Shown: one piece after another, positions 27,111-40,051 of the stretch | How positions within the stretch are numbered: position 1 is the stretch's first letter | How the letters are laid out: each line of letters begins with the position of its first letter | Source of the DNA: Lama guanicoe | Taxonomy: Eukaryota | Length of the DNA: 64,000 nt | Direction: 5' to 3' | Assembly (NCBI GenBank): GCA_013239625.1 | Contig: MU053304.1 | Coordinates: forward strand, 558,001 to 622,000 | Translations under genes and position numbers: made by a program | The notes under the pieces: generated by a model | Seen by the model: the letters and a program-made list of their open reading frames with translations, nothing else | Database searches by the model: none | What the model was told of the DNA's origin: nothing

Positions 27111-30100
27111 CATTTTTGTTATTTTCAAACCAGAATTGTCACCTGGCACCAGAACCCACTGTCGCTTGCAACAAGAATTTCAGCAGCAGCATCTTCTGGC
27201 ACTGTGCCTTCTAGTGCTCAGACTCCTGGCCCTCTTTTAACTTTGGACCAGCTGTGCCCACCCTAATGCCTAACACCCCCCACCCGCTCTCAGTGTCCCT
27301 GTGTTCTGTGCCCTCCCCCAAACTGAATGGTTGCTTGTTGACGCACTCAGCACTTTTTACTTACCTTGTGATAACCTTAGAAAGACATCGCTCATGCACC
27401 AACAACTGTCACCTTGTCACTACTTTTAGATCCTTTAATTTATTTTCTCCAATTTCCTTTGTAATCCTGAGCCTCTTTTTACTAACACTTTGAAAATGTC
27501 TGCTTTTGTATCTATTGGCTGTGGAAGCAGTCTGCCTTGGGAATGGCAATAACTGGGAAGAAACGTAAGGTGGTAATCAGACCAACTCAAAGTGGTCTGC
27601 TTTCTATTATCACAACACGCTGAGTGGAAAGATGTTACTCCTGCCAGGCTGACTGCTCCCTCTACATCCGCCCCTTGGTACACCACTGCCTATGGGAAGG
27701 CAGGATTAATAAATATTTACGGAAGACTTTGAAACTAAACCAGAACTGAAGTATTAAGTGGTAAAGGGGCATTATGTTTGCAACTGACTCTCAGACAGTC
27801 CAGAAAAATTATGCACATGTTCACACACATTTCCAGAAAAGGATTCAGGAAATATAAAAGTTTAACATTTGGGTAATCAGAGTGAAGGGTGTATAAGAAT
27901 TCTTGGTTCTATTTTTTCAACTTTTCTGCAGGTTTGAAATTGTGCCAATATAAAAAGCTAAAAGGAAAAGCAAAAATACCACTGTGGACTAACAAATTCC
28001 CAAGCCCTTTGATGTCAGTCACTGGTGGGTGGTCTGGGGGATTTGGTTCTGAGCTCACCATGAGCGTTCATAAAAGGGATGATCTTAAGAGGGGCCTCTA
28101 TAATGCATCTGAACGTGGTTTGGTAGCTGGGAAGGTGTGTGGATGAGCAGGTGCCAGAAGTGCTCTGTGGGTACCTGGTAACAACTGGCCCCACCCTGAG
28201 GTGGCATAAGGGACACAGTCTCAGGACAAGACAGAACCAGGCCTTTTCTGGCCCTCTCACTGTGTGCCCGTGTCCTCCCCTTGGCTACAAGTGGAGGTTG
28301 GGGCCTGGGGCACCAGCGAGCAGCTGGGGTAGGAGGTGGCTGACTCTGAGTCCCAGGCCCTTACGGACCTGAGAAACTGGGGTAGCTCAGAACCAGGGCG
28401 CAGGACCCTGGTGGGGCAAGGGGCTGGACAGTCCCAGGTGGTTCTCTGCACTAGCAGGAGAGGCAGAGGTGAGAATCACCAGAGGTCTCCAAGGTCCGCC
28501 CGCAGAGCCCGGCCTGCCTACACCGTGGCCGGCTTCGTGTTCTCCTTCCCACTGGGGCACAGCTCTCTGGCCCCAGCTCGCTGGGGACCTTCCGTTCCAA
28601 CCTGCTAAGTGAAGTTCTTCTGTCCTCCAGCTCCCACCCCAGCCCTGACTCCTGGAATTTTTCCAATATCTTCCAGAGAATTCTGAGCCACCATTATGGC
28701 CACCATTTCTTGAGTGTGTCAGCCGTAAGTGTTTTAACCTGTGTTATCCTGCTTAATCCTGACAGCACCCTGAGAGATCGGTGCTGTCCTTGCTGTCTTA
28801 CAGACCAGGAAGCTGGGGTCTGGAGGGCACAGTGACTTGTCTGAGGTGGCACAGCCAGCTCGCTGGCAGAGTGGGGATTCTCACCCGGGCCTCACTGTCC
28901 CCTGCCTTTCTTTGCCATCTCTCTTCTTGGGGGTGAGCCAGTTTCTGTGAGCGGAGCCAGGCCTGAGGACTTGGGGAGTACAGATGGCCACATAATGCAC
29001 CCAGCTTACTGAGGTGCGTCCCAGCCCCCCACCACCCTGAGGGGCTCAGACCTTCCTCCTCTCTCCTGGCTTGGCCTGACTTGAGCCCAGCCAAGCAGAG
29101 CCAGGTGGAAAAGTCTCTGGCCTGGGGAGGTGCCCAGGTAAGCATAGTGACTCTCCCCACCGCCGGATGTTTGCTGTTCCCAGCTCTCCATGTTTGCTGA
29201 GCCTGATTACTGGTGGGTCCTGGACCGCCCCGTTTTCCAGGCAGCAAGGCTCCCTGGGCCTGAGGTACGTGACTAGTCCTATAGCCCTCCTCATCCTGCT
29301 GAGTCCTGGAAGGCCCAGAAACTCCCATCCCCACGCTGCTTTACTGCTCTGGGGGAGGGGGCAGACAAGGATGATGCGCTGGGCTTGGGGACACTGAGGC
29401 AGCCAGCTGTAGGAATTCCTGACAAGCAGAAGCCATTCTACGTCTGTGAGGCAGAGATAAAGTTCTCCGTCCTTTCCTGGGCTTTGAGCACCTCCAAAGG
29501 GTCCACAGTGGGTTTCAGGCTGCTCAGAGTCTGTGCAAAATGGTCATGGCAGTGTGTGTGAGTGTCTGAGTGTTCCAGTGAGGGGGTGGGGTTGACAAGG
29601 CTCATCACACGCTAAGTGCTGTCTGTGACCCCATAGTGGCTGTTTCCAGCGATGCTGCCTGCCCCTCATTGCTCATCTGATGTGATGGCAACCCCGATCT
29701 GAAGGTTCCGGCCAGACTTAAACATCTGAGGCTTAGTTAACTCTCAGGGGCACCCTAGAAGCCTTTCCCCCAGGGACATGGGGACTATGTGCCCCTGTGC
29801 TGCCTGCAACCTCCCTGTGCCTGGGGCTGTGTTTACATGTGGAGTTGCTGGGAAGGGAGCCTGGCGGAGACTCAGAATGTTTAACTTCTAGTCTCCAAGG
29901 CCACACATTGACTCCTGTGGAGGAGGGAGGGGCAGCGAAAGTCTGAAGGAAGAAGGTCTTGCTTCCAGTTGTCATTAAATGGATATAATCAAACCCAAAT
30001 CCCACCAGAATCCCATGCGATATTCTTGAGTGCTTGCTGTGTGCCAGCCTTGTGCTAAATCTTGGCATTCAGTGAATCACAGCACACTTACAATAGGAGT

Positions 30101-31269
30101 AATGATGGGGACACATTTTATAGGAAGAGGAACAGAGGCACAGAGGGGCTCTTCCCCACCACACAACTCACCAGCAGATTTTCTGGGGCCTGGGGCTTTG
30201 GACTTAACTATTCCCATCCTTCTCAAAGTGTGCTTCTGGGGGCTGGGGCTCTCTGGAGAGGGTGTGTATGTGTGTCAAAAACAAGGATTTCTGGATCTTG
30301 CCCAGACTAAGTAAATCTGGGAAGAGGCCCAGGAGCCAGCATTTCAGCCTGTGCAATCCATGCTTCTAGGCTCGCCAGCAAGTTCCTGATGAAATAACTT
30401 CAGCTAAGGAGCTGGATGGAGGGGTAGCTGAGCAGGGAAGGTGCTCCCTGCTGAGTTTACACGTGCATGGTTTGGAGGAGCAGAAGGAGGCTTGGTGGGG
30501 TCCTGGCATTCACTGCTCTTCACTCTGCGCAGTTCCCTCCCTCCTGCAGACACCCCAAAGCAGGGTGAGAGGGGCAGAGGGCATGTTTGAATGGATGAGA
30601 GGTATTTGGGGGTGTCTGGGGCTGGAGAATATAGCAGTGGAAAGGCCCAGAAAGTCAAGTGGAGATGGGGAGGTCCAACACCAGGGTAGACTTCAGAAGG
30701 GAGTGGGCAACTCTACAGTAGGTTTTCAAGTAGAGGAATGTCATTGTTGGGGGTTCAAGAAGATGACTGTGCTGTGGGAGGTCAAACTGAAGGCAGAATG
30801 GAGTTTCCTGCAGCAGTTCTGGGAAGGGATGAGGACCTGGACTCAGGGACTGGAAGGCTCCGGAAATGAGAAGGTGGAGACTGCTGTCCTTGGACTGAGA
30901 TACAGAGATGGGGGGATCTCCACACCTAAGAGAGGGAATGAGATCCTTTGGGGCTTGTTGACTTGGAGAGGCTGGTGGGACGTCCTTGGAGGTGTGTTTG
31001 AAACATGGGGCAGGAGAGGGTGGGATCTGGAGGGACACCATAATAAGGGTTATGCTAAGAGTCAGACTGCTGGAGCATGGGTTCAGCATGTGAGATCCCA
31101 GTTCACTAGGACTTCACCTTTCTGATGCTCAGTTTTCTTATCTGTAAAATGGGTTGTTTTGAGGGTTCCACGAGGTAACGGTGCTTCTGGAAGCGCTCCA
31201 TCAAATACTTGAAAACACAATTGCTACGGTCTGGGTGGGTATGAGGGGCCTCAAATGAATGTGTCTAGG

Positions 31270-31830
31270 TTCAGCGGCCGGGTGGCCTGCGGGGGCGCCA
31301 CTGCCCCCTATTGGCAATCCTGGCCTGGGCGGTCCTGGCCCGGGCGCCCCGGGCCCCGGACAGGCGGGGCAACCCCGCGGGCTGCTTGTGGCTCCGCCGC
31401 CGTCAGTCCGCCAGTCGGCTCGCTCCTGGCGCCGCGTCCGCACATCGATCGGTCCATGGACGCCCGCCCTACACTCAGCGGGTGGGCGCCTGGCCCCCGG
31501 ATCTCGCTGGCAGCAGACGGCATGGTAGGTGAGCAGGATGCCGGCGCGGGCAAGGGCGCAGCGGTTGGAACGCACGCGGCCAGGCGGGGAGAGCGCGCGC
31601 GCAGGGTCTCCCCAGGGCAGTAGGAATCGGGGATCCTGTCGGGGCTCCCCCCTCCCAGGGGGACTCGCAGCCTCCAGGGGTATTTCTGTCTTTTTTGCCC
31701 GCCACGCGTGCAGCGGGGCTGGGGGGCTCTGTGCGACGACCTTTCCCGGGGGCGAGGGAGTCTCCCTCGAACCAGAGTCGGCGCTTGCGAGCTCCCAACT
31801 CATCTCCGCGGTCTCCGCTCGGATCCCGCA
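31270..31830. promoter_or_regulatory. NMUR1: CpG island / NMUR1 promoter and first exon
   Basis: Dense CpG, GC boxes (ggcggg, cgccc) and an inverted CCAAT (ATTGG near 31310). Contains the exon-1 ATG|GT donor. Confidence 0.85.
31522..31524 (+). CDS. NMUR1: NMUR1 coding exon 1 (initiator ATG only)
   Basis: gacggcATG|gtaggt has G at -3 and a consensus-like donor. It joins in phase 0 to APLCLNCS, matching the human start MTPLCLNCS. Confidence 0.8.
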
Positions 31831-33319
31831 GCAGCCTGGGTAGAGAATGAGGGTGTGGTGGGGCCAGAGGACCACTTGAATGGATGAAGATAAGCCTTGA
31901 TTCCAAGATGCGGGATTAGGCGTCGGAGAGGCAAGGAGGCTGGGGGAAGCTTCTGGGTGGGGGCTTTGGTGAAGAAGAATATACTCAGGATTAAGAACCC
32001 TTGGGATCTCGGAAAAAGAAGGACCTGAAAAAGAAAGCTGAACGGTGGGTGTGCAGGTACTTGGGGACCGGGAGTTCCCAAGCCCCCACCTGAGGAGAGG
32101 AAATGGAGCCTAAGAGAGGATCCAGGAACCAAGCCTGAAAATCCACAGTTGCTCAGAGGGGAGGGGACGTGGTGGTGGCGGTTTGGGGAACAGGCTCAGT
32201 AAGACAGCTCCTGGCTTTTTGAGTCAAGCCACATGCCCAGTGGAATCCCATTCAGCCCCTGGCCCAATCCCCTGAATTGTCCTTCCTTTGCCTGTGGGAA
32301 GGAAGGATCATGCTACTATGCACTGAAGTTGAGCACCTAAAATGTCAGGCACACTCCTGAGAACTTACTCTCTCATTTAATCTTCCAAGAAATTATGAGG
32401 AAGGCTCTATCGACTTACCCATTTTATAGATGAGGAGACCGAGGCACAGTGAGGGCCTGTCACAGAAGAGGGTGGCAGAGCTAGCATTTGACTGCAGGCC
32501 ATTAACTTCCTGGCTTGGGTCCTTAACTACTATATCTGGTGGACTAGCAAAAAGAGGAGCCTGAGAGAGGAAAGGGAACCTCAGAACTGGCAGTGTCAAG
32601 GTCTGGCAAATATTTCAACTCCAAACACTTCAGGTGATAGAAAACAGAAACAAGAACGAACTTTCAGATCTGCATTATAGCTTTTGGACCTTTCATGCCT
32701 TTGCTTGATCCCCACAGTGACTCAGTCCTCACAGTGAGGTGACATAATCAGGCCCTTCTGTGTGTCAGGCAGGCCCTGCGTTAATACCTTTCATGGGCTA
32801 AATTCCTTTATCTTTATAATATGGAAACAACTGCAGAGAGGTTACCATGAAAATGGCCCCACAGCCCGGAATTCAAGAGGCTGGATTTGAATCAAGGCAG
32901 CTGTTTCCAGAGCCCTTGCTCTTAAAACCATATGATACTATGTATTGTGCCCATTTTACAGATGCCCAAGCTGAGCATCTCTCCCAAAGTCAATGGCTTG
33001 AAATGGGAGAGAACCAAGGAGAGGCTGCTGATAACAAAGCCCATGCTTGAGATCAGCTCCATCACTATTCAGAGGCTTCACTAGATCTTGAAATTTAAAA
33101 TTGAAGTCCCACATTTTACTATTTTTAAGATGTATATATTTATATCTCTGAAATTGTAATGCCATTTTAAAATGTATGGCAGAGTTTGTCCTTCTCTGTG
33201 TTACATAAAATAATGGCCTCCTTAGTATCTATTGATGGTACTTTTGGTTTGATAAATTATGACAGAGCCAGGTTCCCTGAGTGACTTTTTCTGGTGTCAC
33301 TCTTTTTTTTGTTCCACAG

Positions 33320-34205
33320 GCTCCTCTTTGCCTCAACTGCTCCATCCTCCCTGGAAACAGGTCCCTGGGTGCAAAGAGCCTGGTGCCCTGCAATGGCAGC
33401 AGGGCCTTGGAGTCCTTTGACCCTGAGGACTTAAACCTGACTGATGAGGAGCTCAAGTTCAAGTACCTGGGGCCCCAGCAGATGGAGCTGTTCCTACCCA
33501 TCTGTGTCACATACCTGTTGATCTTTGTGGTGGGTGCTGTGGGCAACGGGCTGACCTGCACTGTCATCCTGCGCCATAGGGCCATGCGCACGCCCACCAA
33601 CTACTACCTCTTCAGCCTGGCCGTGTCGGACCTGCTGGTGCTGCTCCTGGGCCTGCCCCTGGAGCTCTACGAGATGTGGCGCAACTACCCGTTCCTGCTG
33701 GGAACCGGCGGCTGCTACTTCCGCACGCTGCTCTTCGAGACGGTCTGCCTGGCCTCGGTGCTCAACGTCACTGCCCTGAGCGTGGAGCGCTACGTGGCCG
33801 TAGTGCACCCGCTGCAGGCCAGGTCCGTGGTGACGCACTCCCACGTGCGCCGCGTGCTCGGGACCATCTGGAGCCTCGCGGTGCTCTGCTCTCTGCCCAA
33901 CACCAGCCTGCATGGCATCCAGCAGCTGAATATCCCCTGCCGGGGCACAGTGCCTGGCTCGGCCGTGTGCACTTTGGTCCGCCCAAGAGCCATCTACAAT
34001 CTGGTCGTGCAGACCACCGCGCTGCTCTTCTTCTGCCTGCCCATGGCCACCATCAGCGTGCTCTACCTGCTCATCGGGCTGCGGTTGAGGCGTGAGAGAC
34101 TGCTGCTGCTCAGGCAGGAGTCCAACGGCAGAGCCAGGACCAGGGACAGCCGCAGGCTCCAGCGGCTGCCGAATAGGGGTCGGACACAGGTGACCAAGAT
34201 GCTGT
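33320..34205 (+). CDS. NMUR1: Neuromedin U receptor 1, coding exon 2 (N-terminus to ICL3/TM6 start)
   Basis: Acceptor ttccacag| and donor T|gtaagt (phase 1). Class A GPCR motifs [20 protein letters not shown] and SVERY, plus the NMUR1-typical [19 protein letters not shown]. Confidence 0.97.
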
Positions 34206-34439
34206 GTAAGTTTTGCTGCTGGCAAGAGGGGCTGAGCCAGGCACTGGGTATGAAGCTGGGGCTTCCGGGGGCCCTGGGGAAGGGGCTGAGTGTCTGGGTT
34301 TATGATGGAGGCTGAATGTGAGGTATGGAGTAACACCACTGCCACCCACTGTGTGCCCGCGCGCATGCGCACACTCTCACACTGCAGGTGTATACTTTTT
34401 TAGATTACCTTGTGAGAAACCGACACCAAAGATAAATGT

Positions 34440-34625
34440 TAATGGTTCACGGCAAGATCAGCTACATAATTTGTGGGACTCAATGCAAAATGAGAATTTG
34501 TGGTCCCCTGTTTAAAAAACTCAGTAAGAATGACAAAACAGCAATAGCAGAGCTGCTCTCTTGACCCTTCCGAGGTGTGGGCCCTGTGCAAATGCACAGG
34601 TCGCACCCATGAAGCCAGCCCTGGC
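34440..34625 (+). mobile_element. MER91-like hAT fragment in NMUR1 intron 2
   Basis: Motif 'cagctacataatttgtggg.c.caatgcaaaatga.aat.tg.gg.cccctgtttaaaa..gtggggccctgtgc..ctgcacaggtcgcac'. Confidence 0.5.
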
Positions 34626-36520
34626 TCATGGAACCAACCACAGGCAGGCCGGAGGCATGTGGCTTGGCTGTTCATAGGATCTGGACCCTCCAGGCAGGTC
34701 TCTCACCTTTACTCCTAAATATATATTTCTAGGTTCTGTCCTTCCCTAAGCAGCCAGGGCGGAGGGCATGGAGCTCCCCTTTCCTGAGGAACTAACTGTT
34801 CTCTTCTCTTAGTGGCTATTGAAAATCCCAGGGAAGGATTCTGATTGATGGGCTTAGGTCATGGCCTGCCACTTGGCCAGAGTGGCAGGATGCTGGTGAG
34901 CAGCCCCCACAGACTCACATGGTGGGATCCGGGGGAAGCAAAGTTTGAAAAGATGGGGAGCAGGGTGCTGGAAAGGCAAGATGATGAATTTTCTCTACAG
35001 TATGTCTGTGGTTCTCTGGGGACCACAGGAGTGACCATGATCTAAAAGAGGTCATCAGGAGGCATGTTTGTGAGGGTCGGTGTGCAGAGCCCAGGAGAAT
35101 CAGGGCAGAAGTGTGGATGGGGGCCAGCTGGGGGAACACTCAGCTGCCTTGAGGCCCTGGATCTTTCTGTGGACTAGGCCTGGTGCTTCTTCAAAGACAG
35201 GGGCCCTGGGGAAGCCAAACTGATGCTCAGCCAATCATTGATTCCCTCCCTATCTCATCCTGTCCCACAGGACCTGAATCAGGTAGGTGGGGTGAGCCAG
35301 GGCAGGACAGGGCTGGTGAGGCCTTGATCAAAGCCATGGGATTATAGCCAGCTAACTGGGGACTGCCCCATTCCCAGAGAGATCCACTCCTCTCACTCCC
35401 CAGGACAGTGCCCAGGAGGCCAGGGTCACTTGTGCAGTCCCCTAAGATGGGAGTGACTGTGACACTTTGTGCTTGCCTCCTGCACAAGACCACCTGCCCC
35501 TTGGCTGTCTCCACTGCCTCCTGCTCCCCTGACCACAGGGGCTGAGTCTGCTCATCTGGGACGGCTCTTGTCCTGTGAAGGTGGGGTGTTTCCTTAAGGC
35601 CGCCTTGCTTGCTGGCCCGGGGCTCTGGCTTTTTCTCTCCTTCCTCCATCTTTGCTTCCCGAGGGCCTACTGTGCACAGGCTGTGTGCTGGGGATGTTGT
35701 AACCAACGCCCCGATTGACATCTGGGGCTGTGAGGAAAACCATGCTGGGGTGTGAGGTGGAAGACACTGCAGGGGAAAGATTGTAAATTGGGGAAGCAAA
35801 CATGAGGAACAAGCTACAAAAATCAAGGCAAACCTGAAGGCAGAGACCCAAGGAAGGGCATGGTTAAGACCAGAGCTGGAGGGAAGCTTGGGAGAAAGAG
35901 CGAGCGCTCAGCTGGCCTGTCCTGCTTTTTGCTGGTGGTTGGGGTGGGGGGTTGTCAAGGAAAGGGGAGTTAATGCAGGGCAGGATATTCAGCAGGGCCC
36001 GGGAGAGCTGGGGGCTGGGAAGGCTTCTAGGGCCAAAGCAGGCAAGTGTAGGGTATGTGTGTCTGTCTTGCTCTCTCTGGCCCCATAACCTCCCCGTCTA
36101 CTACCATCTAGCCATGGGCCCCATTCTCCTGCTTACATCAGCAAGCATGGCCCCGAGATGTCACCTAGAGTGGGCTTAGCCCCACAGTCTGTGTCACGCT
36201 GGGGCTCAGCATCCCAGCTGACATGAGGCTGTAGAGCACGGGGTTCCATGGGGACAGAATTGGACCAGGCCAGCTGGGCTCGGGTGTCCACACCTGGTCC
36301 AGGGCACACACCCACTGCCCAGTCAGTGACGGTGGCGAGAGTAGTCTCTCTAAAAGGGGCACGGTCAGGGCAGGCAAACTTTCAGAAAATTACAGATGGA
36401 TGGTGGGCAAGGGTGGCCTGTGGGAGAGGAGAGGAGGTGAGACTGAGCGGACCAAATTGAAGCCCAGGGCAAGCCACTGAGAGGGCTCTGGTGGGTATTC
36501 AAGTCTTTCTCCGCCCACAG

Positions 36521-36903
36521 TTGTGCTGGTCGTAGTGTTTGGGATCTGCTGGGCCCCGTTCCACATCGACCGCCTCATGTGGAGCTTCGTGTCCCGCTGG
36601 ACCGAGGGCCTGCACCTGGCCTTCCAGTACGTGCACGTCGTCTCCGGCATCTTCTTCTACCTCGGCTCGGCCGCCAACCCCGTGCTCTACAGCCTCATGT
36701 CCAGCCGCTTCCGCGACACCTTCTGGGAAGCCCTGCGCCTGGGGGCCTGCTACCACCGCCACAGACCCTGCCACAGCTTCCACAGCCTCAGCAGGGTGAC
36801 CACAGGCAGCACCCTGTGTGACACGGGCTCCCTGGGCAACAGAGCCCATCCTCTGGCTGAGAACGGTGGCCCAGGGGGGCAGCAAGAGACTGACCCCTTC
36901 TAA
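36521..36903 (+). CDS. NMUR1: Neuromedin U receptor 1, coding exon 3 (TM6, TM7, C-tail)
   Basis: Acceptor ccgcccacag|TT (phase 1). Encodes CWAPFH, NPVLY and SSRFR and ends QQETDPF-TAA. The spliced CDS is 1272 nt = 423 aa. Confidence 0.97.
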
Positions 36904-38268
36904 ATGGAGCCTCGAGGCAGCTTCACCCCAGGGTGCCGGAGCGCCATGCCCAGCTTTGGGGGCCACATGTGCCTCCTCTGCAGGGATGTCTTCATGGCCT
37001 ATCCCCTTTGTACCTTGTCACCATTTCAGCCTAGAAACTTGGGCCATCACCTCAGTGACCCCTGCCCCACCCAAGTATCAGAAGGAATTTAAGGTCTTTA
37101 AGAGTCTGCCCTCCAGATCCCCAGGCCCCCAGTTACAGGCCCACCCCTGTAGGGACATCACAGTTGGTTAACTGGGCACAGCGACTCCATCTGGGGACTC
37201 CCCTCCCACTACAGTACCTGAAGTGTTTCCACGTGGCCCAATCTTTCCTTGCCATTTCTCCCTGAGCTTCTGCAGGCTCTGGCCCATTCCATGCCTCTCT
37301 AGCTCTTGGCCTGCACCTGGGGCCCTCCTCTGCCCTGACCCTTCCCTGGCTCCCAGTTGGCTCGTTCTGCTCTGGGATCTCCACCTGGTAGAGTCACTAG
37401 GTGGCAGGTATAGCAGGGATCCAGGGAACCTGGTTCCAATCTCAGCCCTGCTGCCAACACTGTGCCCTGTGGCATCAAGGAAGTCACCTCACCTTATAAA
37501 CCTTGGTCCCTTGTTTGCAAAATGAAAGGGGCCCTGACATTCTACAGTGTCTCCCTTTGACACCTTAGCTGTGGTTTTCTGTGTGTGTGTGCAGAAGTCA
37601 CTGCTTGTAACAAAAGAGATACCCTCAGATTAACAAGGTGGAAATTTTAGGAAATCTTAAGGTCCTCAGCAACCCCCAACCCTTACTCCCTCCCTGACCC
37701 CCGCATGCTCCCCACCCTACCCCCTTGAGAGCCACTTGTCCTAGGGCAGAGGGACTGCATGTGAGCAGAGGTCCCTGCCTGCCTCTGGACTCATCTCCTC
37801 ACAGGCTGGCTTGGGGGTCTGAGGTGAGCAGAGCATTGGGACCGACTGGCCAGAGACTCTGGGGGCAAGAGACATGGGCAAACCAAGGGCAAAGAGTGAC
37901 CCTGTGAGGACTGCTTGGGGCTCAGTGAGGTGAAAAGAGAGACTGGACAAGTATGTCCTGAAACAAAGCCCCATTCCCAGTCCCCGTGGGCGACCTGGTG
38001 CTCAGTAAGGACTCAGTTGATGGACGGAACTTGTCTCGCTGTAGTCCCTGGACGCCGTCCTCCTCCCGAGAGGAGACTGCAGTACAAGGAACCCTGGCCT
38101 CCCTGGAGGGGAGCTGCGGGGTGCCCAGGGTGCTATGGGGCCTGCGGGCCGAGTCCTCCCTGCAGCCTCTCCCCTGCTCAGGTCCCAGGTTCCCTGCCTG
38201 AAAAGTGGAGGAAATTGTACAGGGTTGCATGTAATGTTCTGGAGTTTTTGCAATTCAATTGTAGAAAT

Positions 38269-38274
38269 AATAAA
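38269..38274 (+). terminator. NMUR1: Candidate NMUR1 polyadenylation signal
   Basis: First AATAAA seen after the stop, at the GC-to-AT transition about 1.4 kb downstream. Confidence 0.5.
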
Positions 38275-39903
38275 TATTCATTTTAGAAAAATTGGAAAGT
38301 ACAAATGAGCAAAAGTCAAAACAATTTAAAATAATTAAAAACCACCCTTGCTGGGGGAGGAGGGGAGGGGGAAATGGAGAGTTGTTTAATGGGTACAGAT
38401 CAGTTTTCCAAGATGAAAAAGTCCTGGAGATTGGTTACAAAACAGGGTGAGCATACTTGAACAATACTGAATTGTACACTTACATAGTTAAGATGGTAAA
38501 TTTTATGTGTATTTTACTATAGTTTTTTTTAACGAAAGGATTAAGTCAGGAAAAGAAAAAATTAAAAACTATTGTGGCTTACTCTCTGGAAGAAACCACT
38601 ATATACAAGATGAATGGGGGATTTGTGAAAGGAGCTTGTGAAAAGAGTCTATGCAGAGTTATGAGTGCCCAGTGACACTCGGAAATGAGCTCCCAGGAGG
38701 CCTTGAGGTGGCATCGGGGGAAAGGGTGTGGTTGAGGGGAACGGTCAGATGCCAAGCTTCTGGCTGGAGCTTGAAGTTGAGCTAAAGACTGGACTCCCTG
38801 GGACCTCTCTTAAGTGATAGTCAGGAACTTTGGTCAGTGTGCGTTTACAAAGGGACTACTATGTGCAGAGAAGCACTGGGCAGACTGGGGAAGGTGAGGG
38901 CTGTGAGTTGTCAGAAGGCACCAGATCTTAGTGTAAACTTGATGTATGTCTCTCAAGGGTCTCCACAGCATGTCGGTGGCTAGGTCCCATTTGCCATGAG
39001 TCACTGCTTACCATGGAAAGTAGAAACAGCAGCTCTGGGCTCAGCCTTGGAGAAAAAGGGATGGAGGTGGAAAGGCCAGCCAGCAAGATCCCGCTCTCTC
39101 TCCTGGAAGCAGCATCTTCCGCTACTTGCTCTCCTGCACTGGTCAGAGTGGGGACAGCATTCCCAAATGCACAGGGCTACTCCCAAGACAGGAGTCCTCA
39201 ACTCCTAAGTGTCTGGCTCACCTGGGGCTCAAGTCACCTCCTGTCCCAGCTGCGGTCACACACATCCCTCCTTCTCCCATGTTCAAGAGTTTGGGCTCTA
39301 CTTCTTGTCTGCTCCACTCCTGCGTGGGTGATGCTGAAGTCCACGTGGATGGCCTGCTGCCGCCCTGACATCAGCTTTAGATCTTTCCTGCAGTTTCTGG
39401 AGACTCTCCTCCACCCCAGCCTCTCAGTTCCTGGTCACCTCCTCACTCCCAGGACCTCCAGTTTTTCCATTTCTGGAAGTGTGAACTCTTGACTGTGACT
39501 GCCTCCTTCCTGCTCTGTTGCTAAGTGATAGGTTTATTCTTTAACTTCATCTATCCTCTTGACTGCTCTGTTTTCTCCCAATCCATCAGCTTCCTCAGAT
39601 CTTCACTTCCTTTCTAATGGGTCCCAGATCCCATGGTCCATCACACGCAGCCCTCTCTGCCAGTACTGCTGAGGTGAACATACTGGAATCACCCTTTCCT
39701 TCTCAGAAAAAAAAAGGTTTATTTTCTTTGGGAACTACAAGAATTCTTGGGAACATCTTGGGAAATCCAAGATGTCTCATCAACAAAGCTGCGTTTGCCC
39801 AGCCTTCCTTCTGTTAAGTACCGACTCAGGAAATGGAAATGATGCAGCACTTCACAGCTAGTCTTACATGGTCAGATGGCATTTCCAGACCAGTCCTGAC
39901 ATT

Positions 39904-40051
39904 AAAAAAAAATTGTTATTACTTTTTTATTTTTGGTGGGGGAAGGTAACTAGGTTTACTTATTTATTTATTCTTAGAGGCAGTACTGGGGACTGAACCC
40001 AGGACCTCATGTATGCTAAGCATGTGCTCTACCACTTGAGCTATACCCTCC
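39904..40051 (-). mobile_element. tRNA-derived SINE (vic-1-like)
   Basis: Reverse complement of the SINE head 'ggggagggtatagctcaagtggtagagc..ggttcagtccccagtac'. Perfect 14-bp TSD CCAGTCCTGACATT at 39890-39903 and 40052-40065. Confidence 0.9.

Noticed and set aside
30463..31875. 220- and 224-aa ORFs around the NMUR1 promoter
   Set aside because: Explained by decayed repeat sequence and stop-poor CpG-island composition; no domain similarity.
33281..34315. 344-aa ORF as a single-exon GPCR
   Set aside because: It starts at an intronic GTG and reads through the donor at 34205. The real CDS is spliced from three exons.
33494..34372. 292-aa minus-strand ORF
   Set aside because: Antisense shadow of the GC3-rich NMUR1 exon 2, with no recognisable protein features.
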